A DNA stretch of 64,000 bases from the human T2T-CHM13v2.0 reference genome, Homo sapiens (GCF_009914755.1 NC_060926.1); one strand, 5' to 3'. Positions 1 to 15,520 are shown, counted from the stretch's first letter. The notes: generated by a model not told the origin, from the sequence alone. Translations and numbers: made by a program.

Positions 1-310
1 TAGATATGTTAATCTACTGTATTACAGTAACTATTTTATTATATATATTAATCCTATATCATTATACTGTAAACTTCAAATATTCACAATACAATTTATT
101 GTTTTTAGCTGTAAGATTTGCTTCCTTGTGAAAAAAAAGCAAAAACATTGTTTGAAATGAAAATGAATATTTCACAATGTTACATATATGCTCAGCAATT
201 TATCATTCTCCTAAATCATAAACCCAAATGATCTAGCTATAAAATATATAAAGTTGTAACAGTCTAAAGGAGAATTATACATATCCAAAATAATAAATTT
301 AGATAGTGCA

Positions 311-644
<334 letters not shown>

Positions 645-659
645 AGATAGTGCATTTGG

Positions 660-1022
660 CAATATAGAAATAGAATTTCTCAAAAATCTATCAGGAAAAA
701 TAAAGAACAATAAAAAATATAAATTTCACCTGATATATATAGACTTCTGCATCTCAAAGAAAGTGCATTCACATTTTTTTCAAATGAATTTAGAACATTT
801 ACCAAAATATGTTCAGCTATGGAGAAATCCTTATCAATTTCAAGGAAACTGAAATTATGTATAGTGCAGTTTCCAAACAAAATGGAATTTGGCTAACAAT
901 CAATAAGAAGAAGAGAATTATCAACCTCATATTATTAGACAGTATATTTCTAAATGATCCAAAGCTGAAAGAATAAAAATGAATGTATGAATTAGAATAT
1001 ATTTTGAATGAAAAAATAAAAA
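660..1022 (+). mobile_element. Old L1M ORF2 fragment, host of later insertions
   Basis: Degenerate similarity to the L1 ORF2 5' region (e.g. 'gaaactgaaattatgtatagtgcagtttccaaacaaaatggaatt'). Resumes after THE1 at ~3638. Confidence 0.55.
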
Positions 1023-1038
1023 CGTGTTGTCCATTTTC

Positions 1039-1362
<324 letters not shown>

Positions 1363-3637
1363 GTATTAGAATATTTTCATGCACCTGACAAAGACATACC
1401 TGAGATGGGGTAATTTACAAAAAAAGAAGTTTACTGGACTTACAGTTCCATGTGGCTGGGGAGGTCTCACAATCATGGCAGAAGATGAAAGACATGTCTC
1501 ACATGGTGGCAAAGAAGTAAAGCTTGTGCAGGGATACTCCCATTTTTAAAACCATCAGATCTCATGAGATTTATTCACTTCCAGGAGAACAGCATGGGAA
1601 AGACTCACCCTATGATTCAATTATCTCCTACTAGGTCCCTCCCACAACTCAAGGGAATTATGGAGCTAAAAAATGAGATTTGGGTGGGGACACAGAGCCA
1701 AACCATATTATCCTGCTCCTAACCCCTCCCAAATCTCATGTCTTCACATTTCAAAACAATCATGCCTTCCCAACAGTCCCCCAAACTCTTAACTCATTTC
1801 AGCATTAACTCAAAAGTCCACCATCCAGTGTCTCATCTGAGACAAGGCAAGTCCCTTCTGCCTATTAGCCTGTAAAATCAAAAGCAAGTTAGTTACTTCC
1901 TAGATACAATCGGGGTACAGGCATTGGGTAAATACAGCTTTTCCAAATGGGAGAAATTGGCCAATACAAAGAGGCTACAGGCCCCATGGAAGTCCAAAAT
2001 CCAGTGGGCAGTCATATCTTAAAGCTCCAAAATGATCTCCTTTGATTCCATGGCTCCCATCCAGGTCACACTGATGCAAGAGATAAGTTCCCATGGTCTT
2101 GGGCAGCTCCGCCCCTGTGGCTTTGCAGGGTATAGTCTCCCTCCTGGATGCTTTCACCAGCTGGAATTGAGTGTCTGCAGCTTTTCCAGGTGCATAGTGC
2201 AAGCTGTCAGTGGACCTACCATCCTGGGGTCTGGAGGATGATGGCCCTCTTCACACAGATACACTAGGCAGTGTCCCAGTAGAGACTGTGTGGGAGCTAA
2301 ACCATACATTTCCCTTCTGCACTGCTCTAGCAGAGGTTCTCCATGAGAGCCTCGCCCCTGCAGCAAAGTTCTGCCTGGGCATCCAGGCATTTCCATGTAT
2401 CTTCTGAAATCCAAGCAGAGTTTCCCAAACCCCAATTCTTGACTTCTGTGTACTCGCAGGCTCAACACCACATGGAAGCTATCAAGGCTTGAAGCTTACA
2501 CCCTCTGAAGCCACGGCCAAAACTCTACACTGACCTCTTTCCACCACAACTGGAGCTGCTGGAACACAGGACACCAAGTCCCTAGGCTGCACAAAGCACA
2601 GGGACCCTGGGCCTAGCCCACAGAATCACTTTTTTCTCCTACTCCTCTGGGCCTGTAATGGGAGGGGCAGCCTTGAAGATCTCTGACATGCCCTGGAGAC
2701 ATTTTCCACATTGTCTTGGGGATTAACGTTGGGCTCCTCATTACTTATGCAAATTTCAGTAGCCAGCTTGAATTTCTCCTCAGAAAATGGGTTTTTCTTT
2801 TCTATCACATTGTCAGGCTACAAATTTTCTGAACTTTTATGCTCTGCCTCCCCTATAAAACAATGCCTTTGACAGCACCCAAGTCACATCTTGAATGTTT
2901 TGCTGCTTAGAAATATCTTCTACCTGATACCCTAAATCATCTCTCTCAAGTTCAAAGTTCCACAAATCTCTAGGGCAGTGGCAAAATGCAGCCAGTCTCT
3001 TTACTAAAACATAGTAAGAGTCACGTTTGTTCCAGTTCCCAACAAGTTCCTCTTCTTCATCTGAGACCACCTCAGCCTGGATTTCATTGGTCCATATCAT
3101 TATCAGCATTTTGGTCAAAGCCATTCAACATGTCTCTAGGGATTTTCAAACTTTTCCACATTTTTCTGTGTTATTCTGAGCCCTCCAAACTGTTCCAACC
3201 TCTGCCTGTTACCCAGTTCCAAATTTATTTCCACATTTTCAGGTATCTTTTCAGCAGCACCACACTCTACCTCTACCAATGTACTGTATTAGTCCATTTT
3301 CACAGTGCTGATAAAGACATACCTGAGACTGGGTAATTTACAAAAGAAAGAGGTTTACTGGACTCACAGTTCCATGTGGCTGGAGAGGCCTCACAATCAC
3401 TGCAGAAGGTGAAAGTCACATCTCACATGATGGCAGACAAGCAAAAGCTTGTGCAGGGAGACTCTCATTTTTAAAACTATCAGATCTCGTGAGATTTATT
3501 CACTATCAGGAAAACAGCATGGGAAAGACTCACCCCCATGATTCAATTATCTCCCACCAGGTTCCTCCCACAGAATGAGGGAACTATGGGAGCTACAAGA
3601 TGAGAACTGGGTGGGAAGATAGAGCCAACCTATATCA
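1363..3637 (-). mobile_element. Complete THE1 (THE1B-like) MaLR element: LTR-internal-LTR
   Basis: Two LTR copies at ~1363-1710 and 3285-3637 (right copy 'tgtattagtccattttcac...tatatca') flank THE1-int. ORF-track peptides 'EKKNPFSEEKFK' and 'FCHCPRDLWNFELERDDLGY' are typical MaLR internal ORF remnants. Confidence 0.95.
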
Positions 3638-4200
3638 CATATTTATACAATACTTACAAAGAAAAGTATACATATAAATACTAATGTTACAGAGAATAAT
3701 AACTAAATGTCATTTACTTTTCCATCTTGTATCCTCTCATCTGTAGTTTTTGTGGAGAAACTATTTTAAAAAAATCAATCCTAAGGATAATCAAAGAATA
3801 AAAACAATGTAGAAAAGAGCAGAATTTAATGAAATAGAAAATAAATGAGATAGAGAAATGCAACAAAGTCAAATTTGGTTATCTGAAATGATTTAAAAAG
3901 TTAAGAAGCTTGTAACAATCAATAAAAAAACAAAAAACAAAAAACCCCACAAACACATGTTTATTGCCAGGTAAGTAAATGAAAGTGATACATTAATATA
4001 TTACTAGATCATGCAGACAATAACAAGAAAAAAGATGACAAAAATAACTTCATGTTTATGTAAGTAAAAAATTGAATGACTTTCTTAATAAATACAATAC
4101 TAAAGTTCACAAGAGAAAGTATAATTAGATATAAACTTTAAAATTTCTTATTTAAAAACCAATTAAATACCCACACACAAACACACACACAAATATCAAA
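3638..4200 (+). mobile_element. Old L1M ORF2 fragment, continuation of 660-1022
   Basis: Degenerate ORF2-like A-rich sequence ('gcagaatttaatgaaatagaaaat...caacaaagtcaaatttggttatctgaaa'). Confidence 0.5.
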
Positions 4201-4209
4201 ATGGATTTT

Positions 4210-5681
4210 TAAAGGAAATGGAGACCAAAAATCAATACAAAAAAATCAACAAAGCTGTAAAAAAAAAAAAAAGATTAAAAACTATACAAACTTTTAGCTA
4301 AACCATGAAGAGAAAAGCCTCAAACAAGTAAAATCTCATATAAAAAGGAAGATATTACAACTGGTACCACAGAAATATAAAACATCTTGAGACTATTACA
4401 AAAACTATACACCAAGAAATGGAAAAAGTAAGAAGAAATGAATAAATTCCTGGACATGTACAATTTACCAAGATTGAATAATGAAAAAATAAAACACCTA
4501 AACAGATCAATAATGAGTAAAGATTGAAGCAGTTATAAATAGTCTGATCATTAAAGAAAATCCCATGACCCGAGGGCTTCACTGCTCAGTTCTAGAAATT
4601 TTAAAAACTAATACTAATTGTACTCCAATACTTGCAAAAAATTAAGGAGGAGGGGGATACATCCAAACTCATTCTATGAGGCTGACATTACCTTGATACC
4701 AAAACCAGATAGAAATGTAACAATTAGAAAAATACAGGGAAATATACCTGATAAACACAGGCAAAAATGCTCAACAAAATTTAACAACACATATGAAAGA
4801 TCTTTCACCATGACCAAGTGAAATTCATCTCAGACATTCAAGGATGGTTCAACATACGCAAGCAAAGAAATGTGATACATTAAATTAGCAGAATCAAGGA
4901 CAACAACCATATGATCATTTCAATAGATGCTGAAAACCATGATAAAATAAGACATCATTTCATGATAAAAACTCTCAACATGCTGGGCATAAAAGGATCA
5001 TATCTCAACATACTAAAGGCCATATATAACAAACCCATAGCTAACATTATACTATGAGGGGAAAAGTTGGAAGCTTTTCCTCTAAGCTCTGGAACAAGCC
5101 AAGAATGTCCAATTTCATCATTTTTTATTCAATAGAGTACTGGAAATTCTAGCCAGAGTTATTAGGTAAAAGAATGTTGGGAATCCAAATTGGAAAGGAG
5201 AAAGTCAAATAGTCCTTGGTTGCATATGACATGATTGCATTTCTAGAAAACTCTAAAGACTTTACCAAACTACTGTTAGTACTAATAAATGAATTCAGTA
5301 CAGTTGAAAGACATAAAAGCAATGTGTAAAAATCAGCAGTGTTTCTATACACCAATAGTGAACTATCTGAAAAAAAATCAAGAAAGCAATTCAATTTACA
5401 ATAGCTACAAAAAAAAAAAAAAAAAAAAAAAACCTAGGAATAACCTTAACCAAGAAGGTGAAAGATCTCTACAATATAAACTGTAAAACATTGATGAAAG
5501 AAATAGAAGAGGATACAAATAAAATTAAAGGTATCTCATGTTTATAGATTGGAAGAATTAATAGTGTTGAAATGTTGACATTACCCAAAGCAATTTACAC
5601 ATTCAATGCAGTCTCTGTTAAAATACTAATGACATTCCTCACAAAAATAGAAAAAAGAAATTCTAAGATTTGTATGGAAAT

Positions 5682-5716
<35 letters not shown>

Positions 5717-6085
5717 CAGATGGCCAAAGCAATATTGAGCAAAAAGGACAAAGTTTGGGATCATCACACTACTTGACTTTAAAATATACTACAAAGCTAT
5801 AGCAACCAAAACAGCATGGTATCGGCATAAAAAAACAGACAAATAGACCAATGAAACAGAAAAGAGAATTCAGAAATAAATCTATTTATTTATAGTTAAC
5901 TGATTTTTTACAAAGGTACCAAAAATTTACATTGAAGAAAGGACAGTCTCTTTGACAAATGGTGCCAGGAAAACTCGATATCCACATTCAGAAGATTGAA
6001 AGTAGACCCCTGTCTCTCATCATATACAAAAATAAACTCTAAGTTCATTAAAGACTTAAATGTAAGACCCCAAACTATGAAAGCA
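4210..6085 (+). mobile_element. L1 (L1MA/L1PB-age) internal ORF2 fragment including decayed RT core
   Basis: Peptides 'HPNSFYEADITLIPKPD', 'LPKAIYTFNA' and '[24 protein letters not shown]' match L1 ORF2p. The FADDM motif is degraded ('ttggttgcatatgacatgatt', ~5215-5235). Many frameshifts; no 3'UTR or polyA. Confidence 0.9.
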
Positions 6086-6502
6086 TATTTGGCAACACAG
6101 AAAGAAAAACTCTCAAAGAAAGCTATCAGAAAATGTAAAACAATTAAAAAATACAAATTTGACCTGATTTTTAAAAAATGAAAATATTTCATCATATTGT
6201 ACTGTTAAGAATCTTACACAATCTTTTCCAGATAATGGAAGAATAAAAAATTAGCTCCTAAAGCTTCTCATATTCTAGCAAAAAATAAGAAGAGTACCGG
6301 AAGAAAAAAAGAAACAATTTTCTCAGAAATATGAATGAAAGATGTTATATTTCCTTAAATTTTGATTACATTAGTTTTTTAAAAAATTTATTCCATTTTT
6401 TTCTGAGCCCCCAAAATTCAAGGATAAAGTTTTGCATATATTTGTTTTGCTAATATTTTTAACAATGTATACAGTTTTTAACAAATCTATGCAAAACTTT
6501 CT

Positions 6503-6564
6503 GCTGTTTTAGGCTTGAAGGTGGGATTTTGCCAAGGACCCTTGGCTGTCTACTCTCTCTATCA
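6503..6564 (-). mobile_element. 5' ~60 bp of MER61-type ERV1 LTR, inverted relative to the rest of the LTR
   Basis: Reverse complement reads 'tgatagagagagtagacagccaagggtccttggcaaaatcccaccttcaagcctaaaacagc', the LTR start that normally precedes 'ctgaaggctgaaaaaccagac'. Confidence 0.8.
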
Positions 6565-6611
6565 CAACTTTATTATTTGTTTCTAACATTGACTTTGGTA
6601 GTCAACACTTT

Positions 6612-6993
6612 TGAAGGCTGAAAAACCAGACTGCTGGTCCCGATGAAACCCAGGATCCAGAGGGAGAACTGCTCCTGTTTGTCTGCCCTTTCTCAACTGA
6701 TTCTTTCTGAATAATCCCCACATGCACACTGGGAGAATGGGGTGGAGCCACGGGAGGTTTGCACCTTGTGCAGAGGGGAGGAGCCTGACCTCTTAAGTTC
6801 ATGTGTGTGGTGGTCTGGTATTCAATATGTGAGGTGGGAGCCTGTTAGCAGAACCTCTTCTTTTTTGGCTGAGAGCTTTCTTTTAATAAATTGCTCTCTC
6901 CTCAAATTACAATGTGTCTGTGTGCCTAATCTCTCCTGGTCGTGTGACAGGAACCCAATTTTAACTGAACTAAGGAGCAAAAATTCTGCATCA
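6612..6993 (+). mobile_element. MER61-type ERV1 solo LTR, main body
   Basis: 'tgaaggctgaaaaaccagactgctggtcc...aataaa...actgaactaaggagcaaaaattctgcatca'. Ends in CA and lies within old L1 ORF2. Confidence 0.85.
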
Positions 6994-7194
6994 ATTGGAG
7001 GAATTACTTTCTGGATATCAGTACCTATTATTAATTATATCAATCAAGACATGGCAGTACTATTTGAAGGAAACCCAGATAAACCAATGGAGCAGAATAT
7101 CAAATCCAGAAAACAGTTCTCAAAAACACTGCCTCCTATACCATGACAGATGTGACATGCAGGACAGTAAGAAAAAATAATATTTTCAATAAGT

Positions 7195-7605
7195 TTGATG
7201 CCTTTCCTTTTGAGGAGTTTAATCTATTTCCCTTGCCTTGGTCAGGGAATACCTTGCAACTTGTTTTTACCAATAGAAAGTAACATATGTAGACCTCAAT
7301 AGTTTTGAAACTTCTACCATGTGGAAGTGTTTCAATGTTGGGGGTATTTTGAGACCACCATATAAAAAAAAATCAAGCTTATCAGTGAATAAAGTGCCAA
7401 GTGGAGAAGAACTGAGGAACCTCAGGTGATAGGGAAGCCATCTAGGACATTCTCATATACTGAGTGATGCTGTATGAATGAGCCCAGCTGAAAACAGCCA
7501 AAATGCTACCCAAACAACCTACAGAATTATGAGACATAATAAATATTTTTAGAATACATGTAAGTTTTGTAGTGACTTATAGTGCAGCAATAGACAACTG
7601 ATAGA
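7195..7605 (+). mobile_element. Old MLT1-type MaLR LTR
   Basis: MLT1-like 3' end 'cctacagaattatgagacataataaata...gcagcaatagacaactgata'. Confidence 0.6.
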
Positions 7606-7635
7606 ATTAGTAACTAGGGGAAGAAAATAAAGTCA

Positions 7636-8460
<825 letters not shown>

Positions 8461-8819
8461 GTAGGATGGAATGGATAAGAAATGGATAAGAAAAGGGGGA
8501 TTCTAGGTTACAGACATTTTTATCATTAGTTCTTGTTACTTTCTGAAATCGTAAAGATTCTAACAAGTGTGTAGTTTTAATGGACAGTTTCATGTTGACT
8601 CACGATGTTCACTATTTTTCATGTGCCTATTTTCCATAAATCTCTTTAGGTCTGTTCAAAGCTCATGCTCACTTCCAGTGGATTATTAGGTTCCTTATTG
8701 TTTATATTTAAGATTTTATTATATATTTTGGATATAAGTCCTTTATTAGATAAAATTCCTTAGCAGGTATTGTTTCTTAATCATTCTCTAGTTTGTTTTT
8801 TTTTCAAAAAGAAGTTCTT

Positions 8820-8991
8820 AAATCCTCCTCCTACCTGTTTTCAAAAATAAGGTTTTAATAGAACAAAGGCATACTTAAGTTACATATTATCTATGGCTGT
8901 TTGTGTGACACAGTAGCAGAGTTAAGTAGTTGCAACAAAGGCAATAGGACTAAAATATTTACTAGCTGGCCTGCTGGTTTACAACTCCTTG
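8820..8991 (+). mobile_element. MER58A-like hAT-Charlie DNA transposon remnant
   Basis: 'cctgttttcaaaaataaggttttaatagaac...ctatggctg...gcagagttaagtagttgcaaca...ctaaaatatttacta' follows the MER58A consensus. Confidence 0.7.
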
Positions 8992-9924
8992 ACAAGATAC
9001 ATTGTTATTATTTTTGCTTTATACAATTAATTATATTTTAGAGTAATTAAAAATTTAAAAATTAATATATTTATTTCCTTTTGAAATATTAATTATTGCA
9101 CTGTAAAGATATGAAAAAGTACACATATGTGTACATGTGTGTGCGTATCTCTCATTTGCCTAAAGAACTTCTTTAACATTGTGGATTAGGTCTGCTGGCA
9201 ATTAATTACTGTTTTTGTTTGCCTGAGAGTCATTAATTATTCTTTACTTTTGAGGATTATGTTTGCTGCTATTGATATCTTGGTTGGCAGATATATTTTC
9301 TTCCAGCCATATAAAAATATCATCCTTATTATCCATTTTATTCTTGTTTCATTGTTTCTGAGGAAAAATATACTTTCATACTGATCTTTACTCTATATAA
9401 TGTGTCATTTTTCTCTGGCTTCCTTTAAGAATTTCTTTCCATCTTTGGTTTCTCAAGTGTGAATACAATAATCCCAGATGTGTGTGTCTATGCATGTGTG
9501 TACATGTGAATATGTGAATCTGTACATACATGCGCGCACACACACACACACTTTGGTTTGCTGTGCATTCTGACTGGTGTTCACAGAAATGTATTTGAAT
9601 TTGTGGAAAACCATCTATTTTTGCCCATTCTTCATTTAAATGTAAATATTTAATGTAGTATTTTTTCTTAAATCTCTGTTTGCATTTCATTCCACCTATT
9701 TTTATATGTGATATTTTAATATAATCAAGTTGTAAATGTCATTAAAGTTCCATTATTTTTCATTTTTCCATTTTTTAATCTTTTATTAGTGAGATCATTT
9801 TGGGAGCATCACATCTGAAATAGTCTTCTACATTTATTATCAAACACAAGCATCAAGATATCAACATTATTTTTGTTATCATGAATAATAATCTCCAGTT
9901 ACTGGTTTTTGTCATTTGTGAAAC

Positions 9925-10066
9925 ATTCTGTTTGTTTTATCCCCAATATTCATGTATGTTTCATGAAGGCAGGAATATGGCTGTCTTGTTGTCTGTTCTG
10001 TAACCCTCCCAGAAAAACCAACTCAGTACAGAATTCATTCTCAGTAATATTTTTTGGAATGAATGA
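9925..10066 (+). mobile_element. L2 3' end fragment
   Basis: 'catgaaggcaggaatatggctgtcttgtt...ctcagtaatatttttggaatgaatga' resembles the L2 terminus. Confidence 0.5.
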
Positions 10067-11749
10067 CTATAATACTAACACTTTTAATAATATTTGTATT
10101 TCTGGTCACATTAAATTTTATGAGCTCTCATTTTGTTTTCAGAAAAAGTAAACTGACTTGATCTGATATCAAATTTTATATCAATCTATAGACCTTTGAA
10201 AATTTTCCAAATTTACCATTCAACTTTCGTTATGTATTTCTATTCCATTTTGAATGTTGTTTCTGAGGTCAGGAATTATTATTTCCTAAATCCTGAGTAT
10301 TTTTAGAAATAGACTTTATATTTTTAAATAATTTGAAATAATTATAAATGGATTATTGCTTACTTCTAAATTTGTGACATATTGTTTTAAACATACTGAG
10401 CTAAATATTTTATTCAAAGACAAATTAAATTTAGTATAAGCTCATCTTATTCTGTAATAATCTAAAATGTAGTAATAATACAAATAAGGAAACAAATTTC
10501 TACCCTGTCTAATTATTATTAGCTATGCCTTCAGAATATTTTTTGTTGCTTATTAGTTTTTCATTCTATTAAAAACTATATGTCATAAATTATTTTTCTC
10601 TCCTTATGTAATTCAGGCTGAAATTAGAAACATATAAGTTTTTATTATGATACGTACATAATATATAAGTTTTAAAAATCCATTTAGCCCAAATTTCTGT
10701 CATAACAAAAGCATCATGTGTTTTTTATATTTTTGTTTACCAATTAAATATAACTAAATACATGTTTTATATATAATAAAACTTAATACACTGAAAAATA
10801 CCCAAGATACATACTATTTACATAAATGATTATAAAACAAAGTCTTGAAAGCCTAAATATTTAAAGAGCTTCAATATGATTAACTAGGGTATTGAGCAAC
10901 TTGTTCAGAATATTTTTGAAAACAATTAGATTACTCTGTGAGCATTATAGTATTAATAAAATGCTATCTTGAATGATGAATAAGTTTAGCAAAAAATATT
11001 GACTTTAATTAAGTAGTAGAATAACTCACTGTGTAGCTGTTAGAGAAGTTCAATAATGATACTGAGTAATTTTTGTTACTCTGTGATACACTTCAATAGA
11101 AATAAGCTCTAAATAGATTTCCATACAATTAATAGCTTATTTTAGCTTATTTTAATTTGAAACACAGTACTAAAAATTATTTTCTGATTTTATACATTTA
11201 CCAAGGATTCTGAGATATATGTACATACAACTACATATCTTAAGGAACGTAGGTGAGCGATATTCATTATTGGCACCAAAATAACAAAATGGAGCCTAGT
11301 AGTGCAGAATTTAATTAAAAAATTAATGTTGATAGTAATAGAAATTTGATATATTAAAATATAAGTAAATAAATTTTAACTTAAACTGTGAATATTGCAT
11401 ATGGAGTCTTAAGAGCAGATCTGAACTCTTACCCAAGGAACACTTGTAGCATGAACGCGCAGGTACTTAAGTGGAACACCATTCACACGAAATTATTTTA
11501 CTAATGTTATTTATTGACTTTATTAATAAGTCCTTTCAAATCATTCAATTCACTTTTTATCTGAAACTCTTTTCGTATTAATATAATTATTGCCTTAAAA
11601 TAAGTTTAAATAAATTATGTGCATATAACAGTCAGTCAACTGGCATAAACAGCTTTGGGAAAAAATCCTGAATCTTGGCAACTCAAAAAGTGGAGGCAGA
11701 ATTGATCAGGTGTTAACATTACTCATTCATTGGTCTTGTAAACTTTGTT

Positions 11750-12170
11750 TAAGTTAGGTTGGGCTGTAATTTCAGCGTAAGTAGTTTATATTGTCTCATG
11801 AAATGTTGGAAAGAGATTATTGAAGGGAAAAGGAAAGTAGCCACTAATGGATATACATTACCAAGGAAGTTACCAATGTAGGTTACTAGAATAGAATCCC
11901 ACTGGAGCCTCAGAAGTGCAATGTAAAACATTCCTCTCAGAGCTATATCACCTGAGTAGTAAGAGGGTTGGGGTATTTTTTAATCATCTTCTGTCACTCA
12001 TTGATTGTAGACTAATCACTATGAGTGCTAATTACAGTGCTTCAAACTTGGTTTAGTGGGACAACGTGAGACCTGAAAGAATGAGAAAGTCCTCCACAAA
12101 GGAATGCAGGTGATGGGAATTGGATGTCAGCACAGTGTTTATGGAAGTGCTAAGAGAAAAACATATGAGT
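11750..12170 (-). mobile_element. LTR33-like ERVL LTR, old
   Basis: 'gagggttggggtatttttaatcatcttctgtcactcattgattg...gagaaagtcctccacaaaggaatgcaggtgatgggaattggatgtcagc' resembles recalled LTR33 sequence. Boundaries and strand are approximate. Confidence 0.5.
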
Positions 12171-12985
12171 AATTGCCCAACCTTTTCACTCATTTGTATT
12201 TTATTATCTCAAAATTACTTTAAACTTAAAAATATTGCAAGAATAATATAAATAGTCATATACCCTTTCTTCAGATTCACATATTAACCAATAAAATAAA
12301 GAGACTAAACTGTACCAAATTACAAGAAATTAAAGGTATCATAGATTATATAGCAGAGTCTAGATGATTTTTACTATGTATTACTCATAGAATTGGTTTA
12401 GAAAAACAATTATGACATGATAATTATATTTTCTGAATTAGAACACATAAACATTCATACATGAGAATAATGCAAATAAAATATTTCATCACCATCTCTA
12501 TTGTATTTCATTCTCTGAATCTTATCCGGCTTTATGTCCTAAGGTTGAACTGGTTAGAGAACTAGGGAGAAAATGACTTTAATAAGAGATCCATTTTATA
12601 AGGCTGCCAAAGTTACAGCCCATTCATATGCTATCCAATTATAGTTATCAGCTATTAAATCTTACTGCCAATCAGAGAATGTTTAACACTTCAAGAAGTA
12701 ATGAACATTTAATTCATGCTAAAGGGAAAAATGTGAAATTTTGGATGATAATAAAGGTTCCCAGTTAAAGTTATATAAAGGAGCCAGAACAAAATGAAAC
12801 ACAACAAAAACAACCTTGGTAGCAGGGAAAGCTGGGTTTCTATATAACATACCTGGTTAAAGATGATACATGAAATGCATTTATATATAAAATAAACAGA
12901 ATTGCATTAGATAAATATCTACTTAGCAGAATTCAAGCTAAGGCCCTCACAAACCTGCCACATGTTTACAAAATACAAAAAGAAA

Positions 12986-13288
12986 GGATAGCGCAAAGTG
13001 GTGACTACACTCAACAATAATTTATAGTATATTTTAAAGTAACTGAAAGAGTATAATTGGAATGTTTGTAACACAAAGAAATGATAAATGCTTGAGGTGA
13101 TGGATACCCCCATTTACTCTGATGTGATTATCACACATTGTACTTCATGTATCTCATAAATATATACACCTGCTATGTACCCATAAAAATTAAAAATTAA
13201 AAAATTATAAAAAATAAAAAAGAAAGAAGGAAGAAAAGAAAGAAATAAAGGAAGGAAAGATGAAGGAAGGAAGGAAGGAAGGAAGGGA
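12986..13288 (+). mobile_element. L1MA 3' end with A/GGAA-rich tail
   Basis: 'gtgactacactcaacaataatttatagtatattttaaagtaact...tgaggtgatggataccccatttactctgatgtgatta...gtacccataaaaattaaaaa' followed by (GGAA)n. Confidence 0.85.
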
Positions 13289-13298
13289 ACTGTATCTA

Positions 13299-13602
<304 letters not shown>

Positions 13603-13778
13603 TATATATATATATATGTATACACACACACAGACACATATACACATATATACATATATATAAACACACATATTTTATATATATATTATATATATTATAT
13701 ATATTATATATATATATTATATATAATATATATATTATATATATATATTATATATAATATATATATTATATATATATA
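13603..13778. repeat. Compound (TA)n/(CA)n and TATATAT-type AT-only repeat
   Basis: Directly visible; ~110 bp of purely A/T quasi-palindromic units at ~13670-13777. Confidence 0.95.
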
Positions 13779-14840
13779 TCTCCTCAGGCAAGAATAAATG
13801 AATATTGAATTCAGAAGTGAAATAAACTTTTATTTAAATCAAACATTCTGTTCTACTCTTGGAAATTTTAGACAAGAAAATTGTTTTCAGAACCATAAAA
13901 TTTAGCAGATTTCCAAAATAGAAAAGAATGAATGAATGAACTGAGAACAAATCAAAACAAACAAATAGGTCTTTGAAAAAATTGTGTCACACAATGAAAG
14001 AGAAGAGTATTAAGCAAAGTATCACATGGGTTTTGCTTAGGAGTGAGGCAAAATTAGTCCTAAACTAAATGCTGCTGTGCTTCAGCCAAACAAAGTTTAG
14101 AGGCAAGAACTGATAGAATAAAACCAATTCCAAGTACTTACAAGTTTTGAAAAGTTCAAGAATATTTTTAGAAATATAAAATATCTAGCACACAACAATG
14201 AAAACTTAAAATGTCTAAAATCTGATAAGAATTACCTGACATAAAAATGGCAAGGGACCTGGTAGAGACATGGTGGTAGGGGGTGGGGGAAATATGTATA
14301 CACACACAAATACAAACACAAAATATCTAGGGATGAAAAACTACATTGTCCAAAATGATAACGCATGGGATGGACAAAAAGCAAGGGCAATATATGGAAA
14401 GCAGTTAAAAATGTATTTATTCATCCAACCATATTAACAATCGCTTTTAATATGAAGGGTCTAAATATACTAGTTAAAAGAGAGACTGTCAATGGGATTA
14501 AAAAACACAAGACCAAACTGTGGGTTGTCTATATGAAACTTTAAATATAATGTCATAAAGTAAAAGGTTAGAGAAAATCATATCATATTAACAGAAATCA
14601 AAAGAAAGCTAGAATAGCTATATTAATCTCAAACAAAGCAGACTTCAGAGCAAAGAAAATTATCAGGGAGTGGCATTATATAATGATAAAAGGGTAAATT
14701 ATTCAGAATGACACAAAAATCCTTAACGTGAGGTGATTAACAATGGAACATCAAAATATGTGATGCAATAACTAATAGAGCTGCAAGGAGAAATAGAAAT
14801 ATCTACTATTATAGTTGGATATTTCAGCACTCAACTATCA

Positions 14841-15232
<392 letters not shown>

Positions 15233-15342
15233 AGAAACACGAGTCAACTAGATCTAACTGACTTCAGCCAAAAACAGCAGAATATTAATTTCTCTTAAAT
15301 TCACATGAGACATCACTAAAATAGAGCACATTGTAATCATTA

Positions 15343-15520
15343 AAACACACTTTAACCCATTTAATAGATATCATACACAGTATGCTGTCAGACCACAGTA
15401 GAATTCAAATAGAAATCAATAACAGAAATAGAAACACACTTTAACCAATTTAATAGATGTCATACACAGTATGCTGTCAGACCACAGTAGAATTCAAATA
15501 GAAATCAATAACAGAACTAG
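15343..15520 (+). repeat. 89-bp tandem duplication inside L1 ORF2
   Basis: Units 15343-15431 and 15432-15520 differ at 3 positions. Confidence 0.95.

Noticed and set aside
1975-3336. ORFs resembling those at 35320-36733, suggesting a paralogous gene pair
   Set aside because: Both are THE1 internal regions in opposite orientations, so the similarity reflects shared transposon ancestry.
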